Origin: Antedon mediterranea
Taxonomy: Eukaryota; Animalia; Echinodermata
Assembly: GCF_964355755.1 (NCBI RefSeq)
Contig: NC_092672.1
Location: forward strand, 4,154,001 to 4,218,000
Direction of reading: 5' to 3'
DNA: 64,000 nt
In this document: positions 26,901-39,500 of the stretch, in pieces
How positions within the stretch are numbered: position 1 is the first letter of the stretch
Layout: every line of letters starts with the position of its first letter
The notes under the pieces: model-generated
The model's database searches: none
What the model was told of the DNA's origin: nothing
The model's input: only the letters and a program-made list of their open reading frames with translations
Position numbers and translations under genes: made by a program

Positions 26901-29222
26901 TAAACGGCGATCTTTAAATAAATTCCCCTCAAATAAACGGTGACCATGTCACTCCCATGATACATCATATGGAATAATCGGCGTCTATTTCCATTAGATT
27001 ATACCCCCTCCCATTGAATAAACAACTTTCTTCCAATAAATGTCCACCTAAAAACCACCTGAACAATAAACAGCCCAGGCCGTTTTTTCAATAAATACGG
27101 TACTTTAAATCTAGCACATCTAGGGTGGTCTAGCGTGCTGTTAAACAGAATAATCGGTTAAAAACGGGTGTTTCGAAACTAGAGACCCGAGACCAGAGAC
27201 CAGAGACCCGAGACCCAATACGAAAAGGGAGACCTAAATATACGAAAAGGGAGACCCACGTACGAAAAGGGAGACCCCACTTTACGAAAAGGGAGACCCC
27301 ACTATACGAAAAGGGAGACCCTAATATACGAAAAGGGAGACCTAAATATACGAAAAGGGAGACCAAATATACAAAAAGGGAGACCCAAATATACGAAATG
27401 GGAGACCTAAATATACGAAAAGGGAGACCCACTATAAGAAAAGGGAGACCCCACTATACGAAAAGAGAGACCACACTATACGAAAAGGGAGACCCTAATA
27501 TACGAAAAGGGAGACCCAAATATAGGTCTCCCTTTTCGTATTGGGTCTCGTGTCAGGTCTCTGGTCTCGGGTCTCTAGTTTCGAAACACCCGTTAAAAAC
27601 AGATGATTTCATTTTTACAGAAACCGGTCCTATATATTTGTCTACTTTTGGATTGGGGGGGGGGGAGGTAGTTGACCGGGAGGTAGTTGACCGGGGGGTA
27701 GTTATCCTAAGGGGGTAGTTGTCCTAAGGGGGTGGTTGTCCGGGGGGTAGTTGTCCGGGGGGTTGTTATCCTAAGGGGGTAGTTGTCCTAAGGGGGTAGT
27801 TGTCCGGGGGTAGTTGTCCGGGGGGGGGGGGGGTAGTTGTCCTAAGGGGGTAGTTGTCCGGGTGGTAAACATCCGGGGGGTAACTGTCTAGGGGGTAGGT
27901 GTCCTAGAACCCTCCTGAATAGGAGAATCGATCCTCTGAATATAGGGGTGTCCAAAAGGAGGTGTTTTACTGTATTCCGGCAATATAAACAAAACAATCA
28001 CATTGAATGTTATCTAATAAGAAAGATGTCTACAATCTATCCTTCCTTAATCATACAATATGGCCTTACTATCATCAATGGCTGCAATGATGGTAACTTT
28101 GACAATCTCGTAGTCTTGTTCCAGGTCTACCCTCCACCAACGGTTTACGCCTTCATCTACAAAGATAGTAACCACTATATAACCACACAATTCAAATTGT
28201 GATTAATTAATCAATCGGTCCTCCAATTCAATTCAATTCAATTCAATTCAATTTATTTCCACAATATTATAACATACATACAGGATAATAAATGCAATGA
28301 AGTATTCATGTGGGGGTAGAGTCATATAAGTCAGAAAGACTTTAAGTTTGACCCACCCAAAGATATAACATTAATAAATACGAATATGAAAAAGAATAAA
28401 TAAATCAATAATCTTTCCCTTTCATCTTGAACATATCGGCCTTTTCACAGTTTTCTAAATTATCGATAAAACAATAATAGAAACTTAATTGCACGATATC
28501 TAGTCACATGACTGGATAAGAGCCAGTGGAAATTGAGATTGGCAGAAGGAACTGGAAATGGATTGCTAAAACACAACATAACTTGGCATACCCTAACATG
28601 GAATCCCCAAGGAAAACGAAATAGAGGACGCCCAAGGAACACATGGAGGAGAGAACTAGATAAGGAGGTGAAGGATGCTTACCTGATAAATAACAGCTGC
28701 CTTTTTCAATATATGGCACGTCATTGCCGTCTAAAGCATTTTGTGGAGGAACAGTGTTTGATAGACTTTCAGAACCGGTGGCAGTTTTGTTGTTAGAGAC
28801 TAACTCTAAAAGATACAGAAGCGATAATTATTATGGGCTAGTCATACCCCACATTACATTTTCCAACCAACAACAGTACAGATTCCATAACCAACGGACA
28901 ATGATGAAGCACTTCATCATTTCGATTACAATGACAATGTTTCTTTTTTTTTGTTTAAAATAAAATAATTGGTTATATTCCAACACCTGATCCAGAATCA
29001 AGAGTTGTTATCTTCAAACCTTCCATAAAAAATATCAGATGCAATAATTCTATTTAATCTTAAAATAACATGCGAGTTATTCGTATTTATAAAGCAGTTT
29101 TTAAAAAGTTACAGGCCTAAATAATAAAAATTATCGATATTGTAAAAAACACACTTACCTGCAATTGAGGAAATAATAATATGACTTTGAATAATTAGCA
29201 AAGTTAACATGAATGTGTCCAT
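23987..29222 (-). CDS. Secreted mosaic lectin-like protein: signal peptide + F-type lectin domain + ConA/LamG-like domain + PAN/apple domain (exons 29222-29159, 28805-28683, 28156-28070, 25818-25588, 25090-24467, 24276-23987)
   Basis: Phase-1 exons join in frame: MDTFMLTLLIIQSHIIISSIA|ELVSNNKTATGS..NALDGN..SCYLS|DEGVNRWWRVDLEQDYEIVKVTI|..QCG..CSPPINGAYV..LAICEVFVY|..GFWPLN..WTSIAI..LWRNG..FYDRAMT|..DCAIMC..CNGYAYN..HCVI*. An in-frame ATG at 29240 is an alternative start. Confidence 0.8.
25896..27911. mobile_element. Foldback/MULE-like non-autonomous element with arms of GGACAACTACCCC subrepeats and a 9-bp TSD
   Basis: Left arm 25896-26525 and inverted right arm 27660-27911. The direct repeat CTCCTGAAT flanks it at 25887-25895 and 27912-27920. 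Confidence 0.85.
27166..27591. mobile_element. Nested MULE-like MITE with a 9-bp TSD and internal 20-23 bp tandem repeats (TACGAAAAGGGAGACC)
   Basis: TIR GGGTGTTTCGAAACTAGAGACCCGAGACCAGAGACC. The TSD GTTAAAAAC is at 27157-27165 and 27592-27600. Confidence 0.9.
28490..28675 (+). mobile_element. RTE-clade LINE 3' ORF fragment
   Basis: LTWNPQGKRNRGRPRNTWRRELDKE is the characteristic C-terminal motif of RTE retrotransposon ORFs. Confidence 0.75.
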
Positions 29223-32053
29223 CCCGTCAGCTTCTCGCATCCAACCTATCACAAAGATTATCTGTAATAAGTATGTTCGCTTATCATTCGGTCACGAGGT
29301 GGTAGGCTGTGATTGGAAGTCAACAGCGCCTTTTAAAATGTGCTTGCTGTTACCATAGCAATCAGCGACATCGTTTATCAACGGAAGACGAAGTTGTTAG
29401 GATAGCTGATGAAGATTTACATTATGATAAATTGTGATGATACAATTTTGTTCTTCATAATATTAAAAATATATAATAGTTACTGTGTGATGTATGGGAT
29501 GTGCTATAAATTAAATTAAATTAGCAAGAAAAACGATTTTAATGTATTATTACGAAACTCTAAAATGCATTCAACTGTTCTGCTTACTCCGTATTGGTTA
29601 GGGGCTGTTTTCTGTCAAAGCTAGTATATAGATAGGACTACTTAATTAACGAACAATGCATCTTAAGTGCAATCGACTGTACATTTATTTTGATCAAAAT
29701 ATGTTTTTTTCTTCTTTTTTTTACATAATGTACTGTAGCCAAGTGCGATATTTATTGTTGATTAGTGACGTCACAAAAACATAACAATTACGCGCGCGTT
29801 CCATTATCTTGAAACATGATTAATTTGAGACTGGAACTGCAGACCTCTTAAAAATCCATCGATGTCGACTACAACTAAACGGATAAACTATACTCACATG
29901 TTAGCCTGGGCCTATAGAATCAAACCTAGAATGGAACCTCAATGGGCGGAGTAGTTATTAACGATGCCAAAGGGCCATAGGATGAGTGGCGCGGTACATG
30001 AAATGGAATAATGTATCGCCTACATCACGATTCATTAAAAACATTAAGGACGGCTCCATGTTAATACATTATCATTGATTTTAATAGACTCAATTAAGAA
30101 ATGTAATAAGTAGGGCAGAGTAATTATTTTTTTAAAGATGTATATCAGTCATTTTTGGGCAGAAACGGATTTTACTAATATAAGACTTACAAATAATAGA
30201 GCAACCTGTGTGGTTGTTATTCGTAAATAAAAAACAAAACTTTAGTTCTGGCCAGGTCTCGAATAGACGCATACAAAAATAATGGACTCGAGCGGAATAT
30301 GCAATGTAATCGTCTTTAAACCCATTGTACATGGAAAGCCTTCGGAGCACAACTTGATGATAAAGAGTATGATAGTTAAATACTGAGTATGCGTCCAACA
30401 CGTAGCGCTTATAAATTGGACAAAAATTGTACTAAGATGTGACTTAAACGAATATCAAAACTTCACACAGCAAAGAGTCAAATCAAAGTCCATACTGAAA
30501 TAAATCGAATAATGCCGGAAGCAGAAAACCCACTAGATAGTAATTAGTTCGCTTTTTAGGAATCCTGTCTCTGTCTAGTTATGTGTCTTGTTGTTCTTTG
30601 TCCACGTTCTGTGTCGCATTTTATGTAGACAAATAAATGAAATGAAATTATTAAAATGGCCATCTAATTAAAAGAGGTAAATCTCATCGAATCAACGTAC
30701 AATAATACTCTACCGTATGTTGTTCTTACAATAATTAAAACGTGCCGCAAAATACTCAAAATGAGAATCGTGAATAGAAGAGCAATGTTGACACGGCTGT
30801 ACAAACGTTGATAAAACGTAATATAACATTCAATTCAATTCAATTCAAAATTCTTTAATCATCCCACACGGGGCAATTCAAATAAAAAGGTCTGGATTAA
30901 AATGATCTTACAAAATAAGATTACAGTTTATACTGTACTAGACTACTGCTCGCGGCGCTACGTACGGCCAATCAAAGTGTTTCAATATTATTTCAGCAAA
31001 AAGAGCATTGTACTATATGACAGACGAGATATTGTTTATTTTTTTTACCATGAATAGCTACTATTATACTGTATTGTTTTTATGGCAATTAGACGTACAG
31101 TGGTATGTGACCGGACCTAGTTTTGATCATGATAGGTCTACGTAAAAATGGCTTTCAACGAGTTTTATTAAACGATATTTGATGTGGTTCTTCCAATTTC
31201 CGATTTTCATTCAAGCTTGGTCCCCACTGACGCAACGCAGTTGACAAATCACAAGCGAAATTTTGGATAACCCGTCGCGTCGTGATTGGTCAAATCAATG
31301 CGTTGCGTTCCAATGGGAACTAGGCATTCGGTTCACACAATCTATTTCTATACAGGTACTACAACAACGCTGTGGTGGATACAGAAACGACTATTCAGTT
31401 CAAATTCAATTGTGTGTGGCCGTAGCTCTAATATGATTCAATTGTAGATGAAGGGCCATGTATTACAGCACGATGTGCATCCACAGTGAGAAGAGCCAGG
31501 CCAAGTTCCCCAGTGTAGGATGCAACGCATGGACGTAACGCAACGATTTGACCAATCACAGGCGATGGATTGTTCGAACAATTGCTTGTGATTGGTCAAC
31601 TCGCTTGCGTTGGGTCTATGTGCTGCGTCTCTATAGTGAGAACCAAAGCAAGCATTACGCGAGAGCGATTTGCATCACCAGTGACCAATGCACACAAGTC
31701 ACAGAACGACATCACATTGATTTGCTCAAATTGACGTAAAAACAACAAGCCATATCAAAAGTAATCACGATCATAGGAAAGGCTTTTAAAGTGCATTCTA
31801 TCAAATTACTGAACGTTTAATATTGAAACAATCGACCGAATTAATTGCGTGTTTAGGTACGCGACTCTGTCGCACTTCTTCTTGTTATCGATAATAATAA
31901 TGTTACCAAACAATAAGCAAATAAGAGAATTCGATTTCACAGATATGTTGACCCGGATATTCTATGAGGCGTAGTTAAATGTAAACCGGTTTAAATGTCA
32001 CCTAGATTGAACGCAACAAGGTTGTTAAACGTAATTGGGAGGGGTTAAATGGT

Positions 32054-32298
32054 AAGCGTGGTTCCCACTAGAACGCAACGCAGCGACGTATTGACGCAAA
32101 ATGATGTATTGCGTAATCACAGGTTAAAACCGACGACGCAATAGTGCTGCAAACATCGCAGGTGGAGAAAATACAATTATTGGAAGGACATTTTCTTACG
32201 TTGCATCGTCGCTAGTGGGAAATAAGCTTTATTGGAAGGGCATTTGCTTATGTTGCGTAGGTTGCGTTACGTTGCGTCGCAAGTGGGAACCAAGCCTT
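32054..32298. mobile_element. MITE family B copy
   Basis: AAGCGTGGTTCCCACTAG...AGTGGGAACCAAGCCTT, with a partly duplicated right end. Confidence 0.75.
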
Positions 32299-33562
32299 AC
32301 GATATATTTTTCGAATGATTGTAATAGTTTCAATCAACATGATGATGTAATATAAGCACACAGTATTCATTTTGTTTAACTAGTAATTTATTCGTATCAC
32401 AGAAAGACATAACAGTACTAAATAGCATGGAAGCACGTTTATTATTTTAAAATGGTTGTCAGTGTGGCAGAGCTTCACTATTGTCTATGCATAACCAAGG
32501 CAATCTAACAACATGATGCTGAGCTCCAGAGATCACAGGGTTTATCTGTGGCTGCGACATGATCAGTTCCACGCCCGTTAATAGACACCGCGCCACGGAG
32601 AAATGTACATAGTACTGTTGCTATTTGTCGCAGCCAGACATAAGATCAAAGAGCTGCAGAGAATTGGAACTGTGTTATAGGGCGCGTTCAGGCTTTTACC
32701 TGGGTACCAACATTAGTAGTTTTACAATTAAACTAAATCTGAACGGGCCCTAGTCATGGATGCCACGTTATGCAAAAAACCCTATACAACCTTCATATTA
32801 AATTTTTTTTTCGCGAAAATAATGGCACGTATAAATAACGGAGCTTAAATTTCAGCAAAACAATAAACTATATTTAAATTCTTCACATTATATTTGACAT
32901 CTATCAACAATATAATATATATAATTATAAAATGACTATTTTCTACTATTATTTTCTTTTTACTTTACAATTTGATCATTTATTTTAATCATTAGCATTG
33001 GATACTGCCCACATGATATTTTCGCTAATTGGCACATAATATTGCATTTATAAAAATTAATGTCTACATTTTGGTCGTCTCATTATCATTCTTTATATAC
33101 CTATACGTGCAATACAAACAAAAACTAAAAAATTAGAAAATAAAAAATTAAGTTTTTAAAAATAATTAAGTAATATATTTCGTTGAATATTTGTTATCCT
33201 TTATATATACATTTTAAAACTTGAGTACTAAAACATTTAGTTGCCCTTCTAACCTTTGTAACGAAAAAATAAAAATTACTCATTAAAACATTACTTTTTA
33301 AAGTCTTTTTTAAACGCTGATCAGTGTATCTTATTTAAATATCTATTAACATTCTTTGGTTAAAATTAATAAAATTGCTAAAACTTCCTTTTCAGGAATA
33401 ATATCAAATTTTGGATACAATCTATCAGTCAAAAGGTGTTCACACCCCTGTATGCCACACCATTGTACCTCCCAGCCCACCCCTTTCCCCAAAATGGATC
33501 AGTTTCAGACAATAAAAGCCCACATATGCAGAGAATAAGAAAACATCTGAAAGCTGACAGCG

Positions 33563-36500
33563 TTACATGGGATCAATCAAATTTGGTTGACCCGAGGTCA
33601 ATGCGCCAGCATTCATAGAGACTATTGGTTGTGGTTCATCAGTGAATTTCTATAAAAGAAAAATTAAGTCACTTTAATTAGGATTTTGATCGTTATAGCT
33701 TTTGTTGCATTCAAATTCGTTATGTTATCATTATTACTATATTTTATAAATCCAACGGCATATTACTGAAAAAAAGACAATACTGTGGGTATCAGTGGCT
33801 AGATCTCAATGGAGATACAAAATAAAATAAGCACTGAAAATGACAATGCTGTTGGTTTCAGTGGCTGGATCTCAATGGAGATACAAAATGACAATGCTGT
33901 TGGTATCAGTGGATGGATCTCAATGGAGATACAAAATAAATTAAGCACTGAAAAAATGACAATGCTGTTGGTATCAGTGGCTGGATCTCAATGGAGATAC
34001 AAAATAAAATAAGCACTGAAAATGACAATGCTGTTGGTTTCAGTGGCTGGATCTCAATGGAGATACAAAATGACAATGCTGTTGGTATCAGTGGATGGAT
34101 CTCAATGGAGATACAAAATGACAATGCTCTGGGTATCAGTGGCTGGATCTCAATGGAGATACAAAATGACAATGCTGTGGGTATCAGTGGCTGGATCTCA
34201 ATGGAGATACAAAATGACAATGCTGTGGGTATCAGTGGCTGGATCTCAATGGAGATACAAAATAAAATAAGCACTGAAAATGACAATGCTGTTGGTATCA
34301 GTGGCTGGATCTCAATGGAGATACTAAATAAAATAAGCACTGAAAAAATGACAATACTGTTGGTATCAGTGGCTAGATCTCAATGGAGATACAAAATAAA
34401 ACAAGGCTAAATCAAAAAGATAAAATAAAACAGCCAGAACAATTTGCAGAGCCTTCTGTAGGATAATCAAGCCTTCTAACTACTCAGCTATCCAACTCTT
34501 ACATTTTAAAGAGAAATTCTGGATTAAAATTATCAATAAAATATAATCAAACAATTTGGAATACAAAAATATTTGTAAACAACAGAAATGATAAAACCTA
34601 CAGTTGCACTTTAAATATTAATAATAAATCTCTGTTATCTGGGTTACGATTCAATTTACGTGGACAGACAAATCTCTCTCAAGGAAAAAGCAACAAATGA
34701 GGACAATATACCATAATGTTATGTCCATTATGTTACAAAAAAATCAAAGAAACACAAATGCTTTAAACATTCATGACGCAAGTAATTAGAACTTTAAGTA
34801 TCTAAATATCAATTTAACGAGCAATAAATAAAAATATAGAAACACAAAACAAAATAATAGCGTGGAAACATGAGAATGTAAGGGAAGCCGATAATGAAAT
34901 ATGCTGGGATGTAAAATGACTTAGCAATATTGATTATGCATTAAATGTAAATACAATACCAAGATAATAGAATAACCATAGACCTAATTTATAGGTCCAT
35001 GGAATAACGGTGAGAATTTAACCGATTTTCTATGATGCATTGTGGGATATCCGACAAGAAAGTTTTAGTAGACTTTGTTTCTATATATTTACTCCAAATT
35101 TTGTTCAATTAGGATGTGTATAAACAACTTAGGATGGTGTTCCATCTTCTGAATTTACACAACTTTTTTGGTTGTGGACGAAAACACCCTTTTGCTCAGC
35201 TTATTAAGGTAAATTTACACTGATGAGCAGTAACGGTGTGACGCGGAAAAACCAAATATAGAATAGTCATTTACACAAAACGCGGTGTCGGTCGGGCGGT
35301 TGAGCAGAAACCCGCTCAGGATAGAAACAGATTCTTAAAGCCCCATTCCCTACGTTTTTTAGATCTAATTTAAGATCACAAACTATATTTAATGTAAAAA
35401 TAATACTATATGGTCCTATTGCGATAACTTTTTTCGTCTTTAAACGGTTAAAAATGTGAAAAATAAATCGATTTTAATAATTATAGCGGCCCGCTATAAA
35501 TCCCAAAATGCATTGCGCGCGGATTGATATTTTTGTTTTTCACCTGTAATTCGCCCACTTTTCGATCGATCGTGAAGCCAAAACAAATGGAAGACTCCTA
35601 ACTTTTCAGCGAAAATACCGGGTGTTCCCCAATTTGTATCAACGGAGTCTGGCAAAAATAGAAAGACAATTAATGCAGCAACTATACAACGTCAGGCTAG
35701 GTATATAGCTAGCGTACGATGTTCGTACGTTACCGATGTTTACCAGCTAGGCCTACAAAACTAAGCCTAGCTAGGCTAGGCCTGAGACCGTCCACGAGAG
35801 TTCGATCGCCGGAGCTACTTAGGTAGTGCATTGTTTCTCACTTTTTATCATAATTTACCATAAAACGTACATTTAAGACAAGGAATGACATGGTTTAATG
35901 TTTTTAAAGTGATATATATGTATTATTTTCCAAAAAACGTCCAAAATTGCAGGGAAGGGGTCTTTAAGTTGTAGTGCACAATGAAAGATAAATATAAATG
36001 GGTACTATAAAGCTCTGTCTACACTATCAAACTAGTTTGACAACCAAATTTGGTATTTATATGCCCAAATATGGTAGTGATATATGACATGCTTCTGTCC
36101 ATATATGGGCAAATCACAATTTTTTGTCACATAAACTTTGTTAGTGTAAACAGAGCTTTACTAAATGAAAAAAAAAATGTATTCGTGAAGCAACATGCAA
36201 TCCCATCATGCAACAAAATAATGTCATGGACCAATTTCCTGAGTGACCTTTTAGTAGTAACCTATTTTCTTTTAGTATTTCTGTAATCTAATAACATAGC
36301 TCTTTCTCTGGTAGTTTCAGACAACATTATATATGGGATTCAATAACTGGATACTTGACTGCCAGTGACGGATCCAGGATTTTTCAATAGGGGATGGAGC
36401 GTGGGGACATGGCCTAAAATGGTAAAAGTAAATGCTGAACTTAAGCATTGCAATTTCCAAAAATTAGTGGGTGGGGCATTCCTTGAAAGTACATTAATAA

Positions 36501-39500
36501 TTGTAATCTTCTATGTTAAAATTAATATACCTCATCATTTTTAAAAAATATGATTGACAAATATTACTGTAATTTTCAAAAATTGATAAAAACAAAGGTT
36601 CAACTATTAAATTATGAAAAAATGAAATTTTAGTAAAAGTCAATAGATAGCTTTAAAGAATAAATTAAATGAGAATTTGTTTTGAAGAAAGAATAAATTT
36701 AGAAGTACTAGATCTTACATGGTTGTTGACTAATGTTCGTCTTGAGACCAGAGCTGCATGTCAGACGACTAAATCAAAAAACAGAGCAATGCGGACAAAT
36801 CAGAAATGATACTAAACTATAACCATGACATTTCTAAATACTATTTTACTTTTTTTTAGGTGCATATCCATGATTTTTACTATTTACTTATTTATTTAAG
36901 TTTGCTTCATATGGAGTATTTATTGAATCTGTTTTCTGTTTCACACCTTTAAGTGGCAACCTTCGTTGCTGTTGGTTTTGATGAAATAAAATAAATTAAT
37001 TAATGATAAGCAAGAGAGTGAACAATTTGGGTGTGGACGGGGAGTTGGCCATGTGCGGGCGGCTGATGACTGAAATGCAGTAAAACCTCTATTAAGGGGA
37101 CACTTTCCGGACCCAATCAAGTATCCCCTAATGTCCCCTGAATTGGGGTTGGCCATAGTGATAAAACATATAGGCCTATAATTGTTTGTTGTTATTTTCA
37201 CAGGAGAGTGTCCCCTTGTTTTTGCTATAGTTTATGGGCTTATGTCACTTTTGTTTAGGATTTGACATTATTTTGGGTGGATTTTTGGAATATATGGTCT
37301 AGAAGGAATAGTGTTTACTCTGTACATCAATTTTTTATTTTTTTTTAATTCTAAAATAATATATAAACAAACATGAATACAGGAATTTTCGGTTGAAGGC
37401 GTTTTCGCCTGGTAATCGCTCTGAAAAGACAGAACTAGAAAATATGGTAGAGGGCGGTGCAATGTATTATGTATTATGACAAAATTGTGAAATTTTATTG
37501 ACTATTTGTACGGTTTTGAAGACCAAAATTTGTCCAATTTGTTTTTAAAACTATATATGTACTGAGCATTAATGTAAAGAAATTTTTCCTTGCTCTAGTC
37601 TTAAAAAATGGTTTATAGATTTGGTATTTGTGTCCCCTCGTGGTAGCAAATGTATTTAAAAAAAAAACGAATTTCCAATATGTTTTATTGGACCAAATAA
37701 ATGTTGTGAAAGCAGCGCATTATTATTATTATTGAGTTCAAACAAGCTTTTGTAATATGCTGTAATCTTGCAATATAATAATATTGTAAAATCACAGTAA
37801 ACTAGCTGATTCACACATACAAACATTGACCAACAATAACCAAGTGTATCATTGCATTATTTAAGGGTCTTTCACACCTGTTCCGGCAAAATCCTAGCGA
37901 ACGTCAATGTTTCGTTTTCATGTGACTACGCTCATATCGATTGGCGCATAGCCGCATGAAAACAAACATTAATGTTTAATTCACCGGACCAGAACCGTGC
38001 CGGAACAGGTGTGAAAGACCCTTTAGAGCGTTGTAAACGTCCCAAGACCACATGCTAAATTTTAACACGTGAGGAAGGGCGCCAAATTCTACCGTGTTAA
38101 TAATTGGATATTGAATTTAAAAACTGAACACAATTTTCATTTATGAATCACTGTTTGTTTCTAATTCCTCACACGCTTTTTGAAAATAAAAAAAAAACAA
38201 ATTTTGTTTTTTAAATTAAAGAAATTTATTTTACCAAATTTCTCAGTAACAACTAATACTTTGATTGTATGTGTGACTATGGCATAGTTTGAAGCTTTGA
38301 TTACAACTAGTTTGTCTAGGTGCTAGATTATTTATATTTAAACCAAATGTTAAATACAGCAATTTAGGCCTATATAAAAATTATGAATTTGGTATATTGT
38401 ATGTTTTAAACATGCCAGACTACCTTACATTTTGAACAAGTAACCTGCATTGTTTGATAAACATTTACCAATAAACACAGTTAGAAAGAGGAATTGGATC
38501 ATAATTCTGCAAACAAATAAATAATCAGTTAAGCTCTGTCTACACTATCAAACTGTATGTGACAAGAAAATGTGATGTGCCCATATATGGGCATGATGAT
38601 ATCATGTCACTACCATATATGGGCACATCACATCTGTTTGTCTAACTAGTTTTACAGATGCTATTTTAAGATATGTTTAAATGTAGTTGTGATTACAATC
38701 ATCCTCATGTTAAACTGAAAACTAAGGAAATTTGGATTAGGTCATTTACGGACCCACAGCAGCAGTGCAGCGTCTACCATGATCACTGCACGAGGAGACT
38801 TACCACCTACACTTTTCAAATAGTGTACCAAGCAAATTCAACAAATTTATGTTCATCTGAAGGACGAGGCAATGAGAATAAAGAATTTTCACACAATCAA
38901 TATGGCACAGACATAGACAGGCTCGAATCCATGCCTGTCAAATGTTAGTTTGATCCCTTACCAATATGTCATATCACTTTCTGAAAGGTCTATACAGCAT
39001 CAGATTTTTTAACGACATTTTTAGTATAATATATTTAGCTTTTGTGTCTAAATACAATAATATAGTCATCAAATAATTGTATCATATAAACAGTTTTATA
39101 TTTATAATTTTCATGCATGTCACAGCCGTTCTATTGCATGTCACAGCCGTTCTATTGCATGTCACAGCCGTTCTATTGCATGTCACAGCCGTTCTATTGC
39201 ATGTCACAGCCGTTCTATTGCATGTCACAGCCGTTCTATTGCATGTCACAGCCGTTCTATTGCATGTCACAGCCGTTCTATTGCATGTCACAGCCGTTTT
39301 ATTGCATGTCACAGCCGTTCTATTGCTAATAAAAAATAAATTCTACTAAAGCTGCAAAAAGCGATGAGAAAGTAAACCAGTAATAATTATTTATGACCCA
39401 ATTGTGGAATAAACCTTGTCTTGGTTTTGTTTTATATTGTAACCAGAGTTTGATCAAACCAAATAATTGTCTATATTTTGTATTATTTTCAATGTCATTT

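Noticed and set aside
33809-34410. Repetitive ORFs (MEIQNDNAVGISGWIS)n
   Set aside because: Minisatellite in a P2X intron; the frames break at the 68-bp units.
39077-39349. Heptad-repeat ORFs (HVTAVLL)n
   Set aside because: A stop-free 21-bp minisatellite, open in several frames, with no gene context.
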